From Octopus vulgaris (taxonomy: Eukaryota), in NCBI GenBank assembly GCA_951406725.2, contig OX597814.1, forward strand, positions 53,072,001 through 53,136,000: a stretch of 64,000 bases of DNA, given 5' to 3'. Every line of letters begins with the position of its first letter. Position 1 is the stretch's first letter. The position numbers were made by a program, and so were the translations under genes. This document shows, piece by piece, positions 38,110 through 50,846 of the stretch. The notes beneath the pieces were generated by a model. That model was not told where the DNA came from. It worked only from the letters and a program-made list of their open reading frames with translations, and did no database searches.

Positions 38110-40840
38110 CCCAGTGACGCTATTTCCCAGTCGGCATGTTATGGCTTTCAAGCCACTTAGGGTCTTCTTGTTTCAGCTATATATAGAAGCTGGTTTGTCG
38201 ACTGCCTCCTGTATCTTCCTTATTTTTCTCAGCTCTGAGTTCGAAAATGCAAATCTTTTAAATAACGTCGTCATTTTCCTTTCAATGAAGCCTCTAGCCC
38301 CTACTGCCATCCGTGTACTCCGCACTCTTCGATTAATCTCTCATACCTCATCTCCTGCTGCTCTGCATTAGCGATGTTCTCTTCCTATGGCACTGTCAGC
38401 TCTAGCAAAATTCCCGTTTTCCGTCCTGTGTTCCATAGGATTAAGTCCGGTCTTTTTGTTGTTTTTATGAGTGGAAATATTAACAGTCTTTCCAAATCCG
38501 CGGCCAGCTCCCAGTATCCCTTCCATCTTTTGTCTGCCTCGTATACTTTATTTGAAGGCCTAGCCTTATGTCCTTTTCCTTCCTTCTGGATGTATATCCT
38601 TCCGCGCTTTTCTACTTTTGGGTACTCTCCCCTATTATATCTCTTGATCTTCTTGAGTGCTGCGCTTATGACACTGAGGACTTGATTGTGACGCCATGTA
38701 TATCTGTCTAGTGCTAGCCTGCAGTTTGACAGAACATGTCTCACTGTCGCTTTCTCTCCGCAACTACATTCATCAGTTGTTTATATGTTCCAACGGACAA
38801 AATTGGCCGGTGAAGGTAAAAGGTCGAAGGTAGCCCAAAGTTCCTTCCATGAGCTTCTGCGACTGGCCACATATTCCTCCCATCTCAGGCACTATCCCTG
38901 TTGACTACATTGCACCAAATTACATTTCACCTTTCTTCCTCCTTTCTCACATCGTGTACCACTGCCTCTTTCATCTCTTTCACACTGCTCATGCACAATG
39001 GCTTGAAATTGCACAACCTTAGACTGGCTCTTGCTTCTTGCATCGTTCGACTATATCGGCATATCTTAGCTTTCCGGTCGCCCTGTTTACTGTCTCTTCC
39101 GCATTCCATTTCCTCCCTGTTCGTACCTTTGGAGGGTTTTCTCAGTTGTTCTGATCTTTCGAACATCTTAGCATCATTACTGTCCTTGCCTTTCCTGCCT
39201 TATATTCTTCGGTGATTGATGTTATCGGTAGTTGCAGCACGGGTTTTCCATATAACGCACTTGTGTTCAGTGGTTTTGGAAGACCAAGCCATTTTCTGAA
39301 GACGCTGCGCCTTTGTTCAATACTTTCTACTCTACTCGAGGCTATTTCATACATTTACAATGACCACATTATCCTTGGGTCCAAATTGCAGTATCCAGCA
39401 TTTGAATTTCCCCAGTAATGTTGTTCTGTCAATTGCCTTTAGTCCCTGTTCCACTAAATCGTGTGTTTCTTTGCTTTACTTCTTATCATTTAGTAAATCT
39501 CTGTACCATCTGCCGAAACTCTTTACTAGTTCTTTCATCGTTGGTATATCTTCACTTCCTATCCTGAATTTCACTTCTTTTTGGACTCCTTCATGAGATC
39601 TTTTGTCTTTGAATTTCGTTCTCGCCCATCCTATTAGTTCGTCCAACCGCTGTAACGTTCCATCTTGCTGCCTCTCTACTCTGATAATACAGTAACTTCG
39701 CCCATAAAAGCTCTTAATGGTGTTTTTGTAACAGATTTCTCACAGTTTGTTGTTCCTAGTAACATCTCCATGACTTGCACAAATTAGATGATTGATATCG
39801 TGCATCCGGCTGCAATACCTATTTCAAGCCGTTGCCAATCCGTTGTGAACTTTCCTGCTGTAAATCTCATTCTCAATTTATCGTAGTAACACATGAGCAT
39901 TCGTTAAACGCCATCTGAAATCCAAAAGAAGGTCATAGCTGCTTGAATTAGTGCATGTGGAACAGATCCATATGCATTGGCAAGATTTAGCCATACAATA
40001 CACAGGTTTTTCTTTAGTTGTTTTGCACAGTTGATAGCTTCACAGATAGCAAAGACATGTTCTATGCACCTAGGGATTCCAGGGATCCCTGCTTTTTGGA
40101 TTGCTTCATTAACATATCCGTTATGCTGTACGAATCTTATGATTCGCCAGGCAAAGATTCCAAACATGATCTTCCCATCGGTATAATGGGTCTGAATTGC
40201 CCTAGTGTTTCTGCCTCCTTCTCTTTACGTAAATAGATACCTTCAGCTATATACAATTGCTCTGCTACGTCTTTCTTCTTCCACATTTCTCTTATCAGTG
40301 CAAATAGTGGTGGACTTTTTGCTCTTGCTTTTCCAGTGAACCCATCAATTTCTTTCCGTCTGATGTCACTCAAATCGAGTGGTGCCCTTGGTTCAGGTGG
40401 TTTCTTCAACTCGAGCATTTCTGGGAATACTTTATCAGCGTCGCTGTACGTCCCTTTAAGATGGTGTTCGAGCTCTTCTTTAGTGCAATCCAATCTTCCA
40501 CTCTTACTTTCAGTAAACAAACATTTAGCATGTTGATATGAGCTGTTTACAAAACTACAATAGTTCTTTTCTCTTTCCTTTCTTCTGTTATTCCTTCTTT
40601 CCTTTCTTAGTTGTTCTCAATGCCTCTTTTTTATCTCTTCATATAGCTGTTTTAACCCTTCTCTTTCCTCCTCCTTTGCATCCCTCCATCTGGTTCTGAG
40701 TTTTTTCTTCTCTTCTCGTATCTTTCCGATCTGTCTTTCTCTCTACGATGGTCCGCCCTTTGCCGATGATTCTCCATTCCCTGTTGTTTCAAGACCAAAT
40801 CTTTTCTCTCCTTCCTGATAGACTATATTATCTTTTACCA
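38110..40840 (-). mobile_element. 5'-truncated, degenerate RLE-type non-LTR retrotransposon (HERO-like)
   Basis: RT motifs QKAGIPGIPRCIEH, VWLNLANAYGSVPH, GIAAGCTIS and decayed FMDD (AFMGE); Zn knuckle CSCGEKATVRHVLSNC; YTWRHNQVL; RPDLILW..ILLELTVP endonuclease. Confidence 0.9.
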
Positions 40841-41019
40841 TAGAGAGTTAGCGCGTGCATACGAACAAAGTGTACACACGAACAAATGCGCACACATCTA
40901 CATAATTACACATCCACACCCACATATATCCACATGCAGATATGTAAAAATACACGCACACTAACACACATGGAAACGTTACGCATGCGCGTGCACACGC
41001 AGGCAAGCAGGCACGCACG

Positions 41020-41078
<59 letters not shown>

Positions 41079-41349
41079 ACGCACACGCACACGCACATAT
41101 TTATGAATTAAATCCTTTTAGGAATATAGCATAGATAAAAGAACTGTGCAGATAAAGAGATTATCTGAGGAGAACAAAGAACACACACATACACACACAC
41201 GCAAACACATGCATGCACACACATGCGTGCGCGCACGCATATAACTACTTGTATGTCAAGAGTTGTCAACGGAATAAATAATATCTTTCGCTATTGACAT
41301 GTGTGTTTATGTGTTTGTGGGTGCGTGCTTTTGTATGTGTACGTGTGTG

Positions 41350-41650
<301 letters not shown>

Positions 41651-41712
41651 CTCCATTGTTCTGCTTTAGTGAATTATATATATGCATTTTCTATTTATTA
41701 ATTCCTGACCGA

Positions 41713-41925
41713 AGGCAGCGAGCTTGTAAGGATCATTGGTATGCAAAGCAAAATGCTTATCGAAATTTCGTCCGTCTACACGTTCTGAGTTCACATTCCA
41801 CCTACGTTGACCTTGCATTTCATTTTATCGGAGTCGATAAAATAAATACCAGTTGAGCACTGGAGTCAATGTAATCGACTTATCCCTGCCCCGAAATTAC
41901 TGGCCATGTTTCAAAATTTGGAATT
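41713..41925 (+). mobile_element. tRNA-derived SINE with Meta/MESC-like core
   Basis: ggcagcgagct head and tttcattttatcggagtcgataaaataaataccag core; same family as 50847. Confidence 0.75.
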
Positions 41926-42011
41926 ATTATTTCATGACCGCGCCCTCATTTATATCTGTTCTAAACACTTTATTCTATGTATCTGAAATAATATATGTAA
42001 AGAACAGCAAC

Positions 42012-42169
42012 AAGAGTGGCTATGGGGTAAGAAGCTTGCTTCCCAACCACATGGTTGCGGGTTCAGTCCTGCTATGTGGTACCTTGGGCAAGTGTCTTCT
42101 GCTATAGCCTCGAGCCGACCAAAGCCTTGTGAATGGATTTGGTAGATGGAGACTGAAAGAGACTCGTCG

Positions 42170-42171
<2 letters not shown>
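42012..42171 (+). mobile_element. CORE-like tRNA SINE, 5' half, split by the Tc1 insertion (3' half at 44160-44312)
   Basis: Matches the heads at 54586 and 62808 (ccttgggcaagtgtcttct...gaaactgaaaga); the 60188-60500 copy shows the uninterrupted junction across the internal microsatellite. Confidence 0.8.
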
Positions 42172-42216
<45 letters not shown>

Positions 42217-42219
<3 letters not shown>

Positions 42220-43676
42220 TTGCGGCCAAAATGTTCAGAACGGCATTGTTTTCGTCAGAAAAGTGGGTATAATTTTTTATCAAAGTTGTTTTATATTCTA
42301 TAATTTTCACAGACAATAAATATGATATTATTTGTTATTGTCTCAGATTTTGGTGTAATTTGAGAGGATAATGCAAAAGTTATGGATGATTTAGTGGTTT
42401 ACTGCAAAACCCATGGCGGCCAAAATGTTCAGAACGGTTGTTTTTACTCCGTGTTTTAGTATATTTAACCGGCGAACTCTAATGTTTTGGATTTGTTTAC
42501 GTGACGGTTCATTTACTAAACATTAGTAAGAATATTCGCAGTGTACTTTGTTAATATAATGCCACTTACTCCATTACCAGTTCGTCAGCAGATTATTAAG
42601 CTTCGAAAGAAGGATAATTTAAGTATTGGGTCTATTGCAAAGATTGTTAACCAGTCAAAAAGTGTTGTTCACGGTATTCTTAAGGTCTACGATGATTGTG
42701 GTTCATGTGAAGCAAGAAAGTCTACAGGTAGGCCAAGAAAAACGACCAAGAAAGAAGATCGTGCTATGGTAAAGTTGGTTAAAAAGGACAGATTTAAAAC
42801 TGCTGCTGCTGTTTCTCGGGAAATGAGCATTGTACTGAAGAAAACTTTATCTCAAAAAACTGTGTCTCGTCGTTTAGTTGAACATGACCTACAAGCAAGA
42901 GCACCTGCAGTGAAGCCACTGATCAGCTCCAAGAATAAAAAGTGTCGTCTTACCTTTGCAACCGAACATGTGTTGTGGTCTCAAGAAAAATGGCAAACGG
43001 TGCATTTCAGTGATGAATCTAAGTTGGGTCAGATGGGAAAAGGTACGTTCGTCGAAAAGTAGGTGAAAAATTGTCGCCTAAATGCCTTAAGACTAGTGTT
43101 AAATTCGGTGGAGGAAGTGTCATGGTTTGGGGGATGATATCTGGAGATGGTGTGGGCCCTTTGGTGCGATTACATGGAAAGTTAAATGCAGGAGTTTATA
43201 AACAACTTGTAAAAGATCATGTCTTGCCTGTGCTGAGAAATTCAACTAAGCGACCACCCATATTCATGCAGGACAATGCCCCATGTCACAAGGCTAAGGT
43301 GGTCATGAACTTCCTCAAGGCGGAAAAGATTATTGTTATGGATTGGCCTGCTCAAAGCCCAGATCTCAATCCTATTGAAAATGTGTGGAATATTCTAGGA
43401 GAACGTTCGAAAGCCAGAAATCCTAAAACAACTGAGCAATTATGGAATGCCCTTCAGGAAGAATGGAATAAGATCACCCAGCAAGAAATTGAAAATTTAA
43501 TTTCCTCATGCAGTCGAAGATGTCAAAGTGTGATTGAATCTAAAGCGCTTCACACTAAATATTAAATAATTCCAGTATTCTGTCATTTTTGATTATTTTG
43601 TTATTTTTTCAACCGTTCTGATCCTTTTGGCCACCATGGGTTTTGCAGTAAATCACTAAATCATCCATAACCTTTG

Positions 43677-43733
<57 letters not shown>

Positions 43734-43881
43734 CCTCTCAAATTACACCAAAATCTGAGACAATAGCAATTAATATCGTTTTTATTGTCTGTGAAAATTA
43801 TAGAATATAAAACAACTATGATAAAAAATTATACCTACTTTTCTAATGAAAACAATGCCGTTCTGAACATTTTTACCGCAA

Positions 43882-43884
<3 letters not shown>
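42217..43884 (+). mobile_element. Full-length Tc1-family transposon with IR/DR ends
   Basis: CAGT...ACTG ends in (TA)n; ~224-bp TIRs (42217-42440, 43610-43884), each with outer and inner ggccaaaatgttcagaacgg-like direct repeats. Confidence 0.95.
42559..43565 (+). pseudogene. Tc1 DD34E transposase with one frameshift
   Basis: GRPRK AT-hook, FSDESK, QDNAPCH...WPAQSPDLNPIEN (34 residues between D and E); a short deletion after FSDESK (~43025) breaks the frame before GSDGKRYVRR. Confidence 0.92.
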
Positions 43885-43955
<71 letters not shown>

Positions 43956-44054
43956 ATGTGTGTGTGTGTGTGTCAGTGTGTGTGTGTATGTATGTATGTA
44001 TGTATGTATGTATGTATGTATGTATGTATGTGTATACATATATATATATGTGTG

Positions 44055-44086
<32 letters not shown>

Positions 44087-44093
44087 TGTATGA

Positions 44094-44129
<36 letters not shown>

Positions 44130-44159
44130 ATATATGTGTGTGTATGTGTGTGTGTATAT

Positions 44160-44312
44160 GTTTGTTTGTTCAACCCACCATCGCTTGACAACCGATATTG
44201 GTGTGTTTACGCCCTCGTAATTTAGCAGTTCGGTAAAAGAGGCGATAAAATAAGTACTAGGCTTTCAAAGAATAAGTCCTGGGGTCGATTCGTTCGACTG
44301 GAGGCGGTGCTC
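44160..44312 (+). mobile_element. CORE-like SINE 3' half
   Basis: gcttgacaaccgat..ggtgtgtttacg..ttcgg.aaaagag..gata.aataagtact, as at 60340-60460. Confidence 0.8.
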
Positions 44313-44983
44313 AGGTAAAGGAAAAAAAGAAAGCATAACCAAACTTAAGATTGTCACAGAAGACAAAGCTTCATTTTTGTATGTGGTACATAAAAATAAA
44401 CACCACTGAAATATTCGCTTTTGAACTTTTCTGCCAAGTAATCATAACAATGTAGAAGAAGGTGAAAGAAACGACGTCAATGAGTAGAAGAAATTGAATA
44501 ACAAAGAAACACACTCAAGTGCGCCTCCTTTTTGAAGCCTTGTAAAAAAAAAAAAAAAAGAGTAGAAGGTGAAGATGTGTGGCCATGTGATTAAGGGTGT
44601 TACAATCACGATCGCGAGATCGCTGTGTTCTTGAGGAAAAACGTTTCACGTTGCTTCAGTTCACTCAATTGCAAATGCAACAGATTGGCGCTCCGTTCAG
44701 GGAAAATATTTTGACTTCGGCCACTTATACGCCACGGCTGTCCTAGGCCTCGAGACAGTAGCATCCAGGGACTTACTACAGTCAAAGGGACGTAAACACA
44801 AACGATACCCTCTTACACATATACATACACGCGTACGGATCTTTATATATTTGTGCGTGAGTGTGTGTTTGTATATATATATATATATAGGGAGAGTTTA
44901 CGAAAAAAAACAACAAAAGGCGAAGATAGGTGGTGTACAAAACAAACAGATGTATTAGTATAACGCTCAGGAATAGAAAAAGT

Positions 44984-45019
44984 CTTTTACATTTCGAACC
45001 TACGCTCTTCTACAGAAAG
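44984..45019 (-). ncRNA. Minimal hammerhead-like motif with variant core
   Basis: Minus strand cttt-CTGTAGA-a-gagc gtag gttc-GAAA-tgta-aaag; stems I and II pair, core position 6 is U instead of A. Confidence 0.5.
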
Positions 45020-45348
45020 GGACACAGAAAACAAGGAGAGAAAAAAATTTGTGTAGTGGCTAACGATCTATCATACATGCGTGCACGCACACACATACAA
45101 ACATATAGTATATGACAGATGTCTACCAGTGGTTCATAAAAACTGTCTGAAAAAGTATGCATGTCTAATCAATGGGCTAATATAGGGTCCATGGATATTA
45201 TAAATATTTAGTAATATTCTATGGATATAGTAAGGTGGTCCCATAAAAATACATATCATGCCGAAACATACGTAGCAATTCATTAATAAAAATATAAAAT
45301 CTCCATCCGTAAAGTACTTCTCCTTATTAATATATATACATACATACT

Positions 45349-45400
<52 letters not shown>

Positions 45401-45407
<7 letters not shown>

Positions 45408-45650
45408 GTTATAAAACAAACTTGTTTCTTGTTTGGTAAAACAAAAAAAAATCAAATAAACTAGTGATGTTGAAAGATGTATGTATATATGTATATATGT
45501 ATGTGTGTGTGTGAGTGTGTGTGTATGTGTGTGCGTGCGTGTGTGTATACATACATACATGCAAACATGCATACACCCTTGAACATCACTAGTTTATTTG
45601 AATTCTTCTGTTTTACTAAACAAGAAACAAATGTTTTATAATTAGTTCAT
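45401..45650. repeat. ~80-bp inverted repeat enclosing a (TG)/(TA) microsatellite
   Basis: 45401-45480 is the imperfect reverse complement of 45573-45650. Confidence 0.8.
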
Positions 45651-45952
45651 GAATTAACACTTCCGAACTTGATTTTTTTTATAAAAAAAGAAGAGAATGC
45701 TTTCGTGATTTAAAATAACTCATTTAGTGAATTGACAATGACATCATGATATAATCAAATCCGAAAATATACACGCTGCGATCATGAAAAATTTTCCTTT
45801 CAAAAGTAACCTCAGTAAGTTTCCACGTGTTACATCAAACTGTGACAGAATGTAAAATACGATTCTCACAGATTATAGAGTGGTTCAATCAACATAGCAA
45901 AGAATCAAATAGCGAGAGAGAATATGACAGCCAGTGTACTCCTACCACACGT

Positions 45953-46000
<48 letters not shown>

Positions 46001-46003
<3 letters not shown>

Positions 46004-46537
46004 CACTATGGAATAACAACAGAAAAAAGATGGTATAGGCACACACCAGAAAAGGTCACAGAAAATGAGAAAGCAACCATACTCTGGGATATGCCAATAC
46101 ACACAGATAGAGAAATTAAGGCCAATAGGCCAGATATAGTTGTAAGAGATCAAGAAGAAAAAAAATGCTTTCTAATTGATGTATCAATACCAGCAGATGA
46201 CAACGTTTCTCTAAAAGAAAAGGCGAAACTTTCAAAATACAAAGACTTGGAAAGAGAGGTAACTCGAATGTGGAATCTAAAAACAGAAACAATTCCTATC
46301 ATAGTAAGCGCATTAGGTATGATAAAAAATATTCAAACAAATACATAACAAAAACACCAGGAATTACAAACACATATAACATACAGAAAATTGCACTACT
46401 GGGCACTGCACACATCCTTCGCAAAACACTTTCAATACAATAACCATAAGAGCATCACAACAAACCACAGCACATACCCAAGACATACAGAGCTGCGCTC
46501 GGTAGTGAAGTGAAAGCACGCTATAAAAATAAAACTA

Positions 46538-46540
<3 letters not shown>
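46001..46540 (+). mobile_element. 5'-truncated Dong/R4-clade RLE retrotransposon inserted in (TAA)n
   Basis: ILWDMPIHTD..NRPDIVV..CFLIDVSIP..KLSKYKDL RLE motifs; frameshift at ~46325, then QKIALLGTAHILRKTLSIQ* (46443); (AAT)n on both flanks. Confidence 0.9.
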
Positions 46541-46598
<58 letters not shown>

Positions 46599-46703
46599 TT
46601 GAAAAATACCTTAAGAATGAGAACCCAGGTTCGAAATTTCCCAAGACACCTGATTAACAACAAAGATGAGGATAAATATCCGTCAAATGATCAATAACTT
46701 AAG

Positions 46704-46752
<49 letters not shown>

Positions 46753-47228
46753 ATCTGATTGTGTTTATATTTTTAATTCCCCTGGCTAGTATAATTAAGA
46801 TGCAAAATGTATGATGAGAAAACGCTTGTTTTGTTTAAAAACCCATGTTTAATTAGATTATTAAACAATTTGAAGCATGTTCAAAAATAGCAAGCAACAA
46901 ACTATGTTAATTTTTTTCTTAAACAAAACCGATTAATTGTTATGGTTTCTGATAATCGGTTGCTGAAAACAACCATGCTACATAATTGCAAGTACAACTT
47001 GAGGCTTCTTGTAAAGTCATTTCTGTTGCAGAAGTTTCAGTTTCACTATAAGTATCGTTACAATCAGCCAACGAAATTTCCTCCAGGTTTCTACTATTTA
47101 ACCAAATCAACCGATGTGTTTAAATTTTCTGAAGCAGACACAAGACAGCCAGAAACGTTCTTTTCAATCAGTTTGGTTCACTTCTTTCCATTATGACCAA
47201 GTCTATAATCGTACATATTTTTTTTAAC

Positions 47229-47443
47229 AAGGGGTGCTGAAAAGTTTCCCACTTTAAGGGTGTCGCGAAGGGCCTGGTTGGAGGCCCAACCTTCTTAATT
47301 CTTTTACAGGGTTTAGAAAAACCGAAGAACTGCTGCAATGAGTGCAAAAATCTGAGAAGAGAATATATTGGATGAAATTATAATTAACTGACCCTCCTGT
47401 ATTTTCTTTTATTCAAAGCCAGAAACTTTTCAGCACTTTCTCG
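47229..47443 (+). mobile_element. Mariner-derived MITE (partial inverted sister copy at ~57160-57277)
   Basis: TIRs caaggggtgctgaaaagtttc / gaaacttttcagcactttctcg. Confidence 0.75.
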
Positions 47444-48357
47444 TATAATACAACACGTCAAAGGTAAAGGAAAAAATAACTTTTTTAACAGCAGGGTTTG
47501 GGAATTGGAAAAAAACCCCCAAAACCAGCCTGTGGCATTTTTGAAGAATTTAGACTTTCTGCATGCCACCGTACAGCTAATGAACTGGAAGCGCTGATGA
47601 TTAAATGTCATCATCATCATCATCATCTGTAACCACCAAGAGCTGTTGACATTAGTATTTGCGAATGCTACTATACGGCAGACGCAAGGGATTTTTTTTT
47701 TGACTGGACTTGAGTAATATCAAATGAAGCGTCTTGACTAAGAACACAAGGTATTGCCAAATTCGGCAACTGAACTCATGATCGTGAGTAGAACAACCTA
47801 ACCACTCGGCTAGAATACCGTTAAAGAATTGTTAGATGAAACTGCAAGAAAAACTATGCAAAGGATTTGCACGCCTTTTGCCGAACAATAATCTAATTTG
47901 TATGGCTTAGTACAAATTATATAAAGTGAGTGGGAAAGATGATTCCAATCTTCGAGGGTGGTTTAATACAGTTGATTCAAATAAACACCTAAGCCAGTGT
48001 TTACAAAATGAATTCTGTTCTGTCAGATTAGAGAGATTTACACGGTGAAGCAGGCACAAACATTTATTCAGTTATGACGATATATGTTCGTTGAGTTGAC
48101 AAACGATAGATAGCCAATGAAGGATGCTTGGGTGTTATTACTTGGCTTAAACTCTTAAACTGCTTTCAGTTATCATATACGTGCTCACATGACTGCAGTT
48201 ACATAAAGGTATACTGTTGAAAAGTATACCTTTATGAAGTGAGCAACATGTATGGAAAACGGTCTTGAATACCCGAGCATTTGAATTAAGTTGAACCGAA
48301 GGCTTTAGTAACGCACTAGTGCACGACCCACTGTTTTATTCTTGGTGTACGATATAA

Positions 48358-49190
48358 TAGGTTATTAGGAATGAAATGTCCGATTTTGAACTGAAAGTTT
48401 ATTTTACTTTAACCCATCAAAAAACAAAGCCGTTAATAAAAGTATGCACATAAATTATCAACACAATTTTGCCATTTTATCGGTAGCTTATTTATGCCAG
48501 CAATGAAAACTTCTGGAGAGCAAGACGTGATGAAATCACGAAAGGTTGTTTTTGCATCTTCAGATTTGAAGTTTTTTTCCTAGCAAAAGGTTGTCTAATG
48601 CCCGAAAAACGCGACAGTCAGTTGGTGCAAGGTCTGGTGAATATGATAGATGACAGTGCTTCCAAGTTCTTCCAGCTTCTTTACCTTGCTGATTTATTTC
48701 AGATGCTCCAATACAATTGGAATCAAAGCATCAAACCTTGCTGCTAACTCACGCATAGTTTGAGATGTATCAGCTTCCACTAGTTTCCAGCTCATCGTTA
48801 TCCACCTTAGTCTCAGGTCTACTACGAGGCTGATTTTCACGAGTAAAGTCACCAAACCGGAGCTTCTCAAACTATTGACGTACAATGTGCTCATTCGCCA
48901 CAGCTTCATCAAACACCTCATTGATGTTTCGAGCTGTCTGGGAAGCATTAGTTCCACGACGGAACTCATATTCATAAACAACACGAATTTTTGATCTATC
49001 CATGGGTTCACAAAAATTGATTTACAAGAGAAAATTCACAATATAATCAGACACCATGAATTGCGATTCGAAAAGTGATGATGTAACCCTTCAATGCTGT
49101 AAAACAAGAATTGTCAAGATAAGACATTAGAGTTAACGACTGTCAAACTTGGTGCATAAGAAAATAGGACATTTCATTCTTAATGACATG
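48358..49190 (-). mobile_element. Internally deleted mariner
   Basis: TIRs gttattaggaatgaaatgtccgatttt / aaaataggacatttcattcttaatgac; MDRSKIRVVYEYEFRRGTNASQTARNINEVF N-terminus and YSPDLAPTD; central catalytic region missing. Confidence 0.88.
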
Positions 49191-49628
49191 GCACTTTATT
49201 TCATTGAAACTTATGTATATATCCAATAAAGAATTAAATAAAAGAGCAGAAATCAGTATTGAAATAAAAGGAGCATCAACCTGGCTAAAATTACTAAAAA
49301 AGTTTTGAAAGATATGAGGAATGAAAATTCATTTGATATATCATTTCGACTCAAAACCTGTATTACCATGGAATCAGATCTCACAGAAAAATTGAAACGG
49401 TCGACAACTAGAAAATGTGTATTTTGAGGTCGCAGATAAGCTAACCTTTCCAATTGATCAACGCCCTTTGATCATGTGAAATGCAATGTTTATTCAAGGC
49501 TGGAGATATTGCTTCTAAAGGCGATCAACAAAGAGAACAATAAATGTAAAGAACACTGATAATATTGGTATTAATTCTTTGATTGGTCAACTTCCGGTAT
49601 TAGAAATTTTTGAGAGAAACCCCTAAAT

Positions 49629-49978
49629 CAGTAGTTCTCATCCGGGGTTCATATGGCCCCTGAAGGACCATATCAGACTTTTGGGAGTCCACACAACAAA
49701 ATAGTAAATTGGGGATCGACAATAATAATTTGTTGGTCTCTGAAAAAAATTTGCTTTAGCTGTATATATTGGTGTGTATTGCAAGAAACATCTAGGTTTC
49801 TTTCTCTAACATTTTACATAAGTTCAACCTACACAAGTTAATGTGTGAAAAACAATAGCAATTTTAAAAGAATTTTCTATTAAACAAGTTTTTGAACATC
49901 AAATGGCTATGGGGGTCCACCAGACTAGAATAGTAATCAAAGGCGTCCATTGATTAAAAAAATGGTCTAGAACCCCTG
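49629..49978. mobile_element. hAT (Charlie-like) MITE, followed by a duplicated 3' half (50002-50190)
   Basis: cagtagttctca ... tctagaacccctg ends; 8-bp flanks ccctaaat / ctttagat resemble a decayed TSD. Confidence 0.7.
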
Positions 49979-50846
49979 CTTTAGATGTATGTATTGGTAT
50001 GTATTGCAGGAAACAGCTTGGTTTCTTTCTCTAACATTTTACATAGTTCAACCTATACAAGTTAATGTGTGAAAAACAAAATAGGAATTTTGAAAGCAGT
50101 TTCTATAAAACTAGTTTTTAAACATAGAATGTTTACCAGAATAAAATAGTCAAAGGGGTCCATAGATAAAAAGAAAATGGTTGAAAACTTTTGATCTAAC
50201 TGAAAAATATACAAGCGACAGCACGTTCGTAATATCATAGATTTGCACAAATGTATCAAATTTTACTTATAAGTCCAACCAAATATGCGATGACTGAATA
50301 AATAATATCTCGAGCAAAGCGGTTAAAGATATTTCTTCAGTAAAAGTAAGACCGGAAAGATTGCGTCCTGTGGCTATGCTTAAAAATTACGCAGATCCAG
50401 CAGACAAACTAAATCTAGTTGCAGTTGATAGAAAAATTACTTCCCAAGAGAACACGAAAATATATAAAAAAAGAAAAAAACAAGAAAAAAAAAGGAAGAA
50501 AAATCCCGCGACAAATTCTAACAACTTTGTTGGTAAATTGTGTTGAATAATAAAATCATATAATAACGGTTGATTTTCTTTCTTAGAACATCATCATACA
50601 CTTGGTATTTCACTTATACATACATTATATAAATTATAGTGGCTGTCTTACAAACATTGAACTTGCAAAACATTACAGGTTCGGGTTGCAAAGAAATCAT
50701 GTATTTTACGGTTGATCCTGCCTTTAAGATTGGTTTCAAATATTGGAACAAAACCAGCAATTTCGGGACCGGTAGTAAGTCGATTACATCGACTCAGAAA
50801 TTGCTGGCCTCGTGCCAAACTTTGAAATCAATGTTAATTTACATTA

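Noticed and set aside
45827-46000. N-terminal part of the 173-aa ORF with poly-Ile
   Set aside because: Chance read-through across (AAT)n into the truncated Dong-like element.
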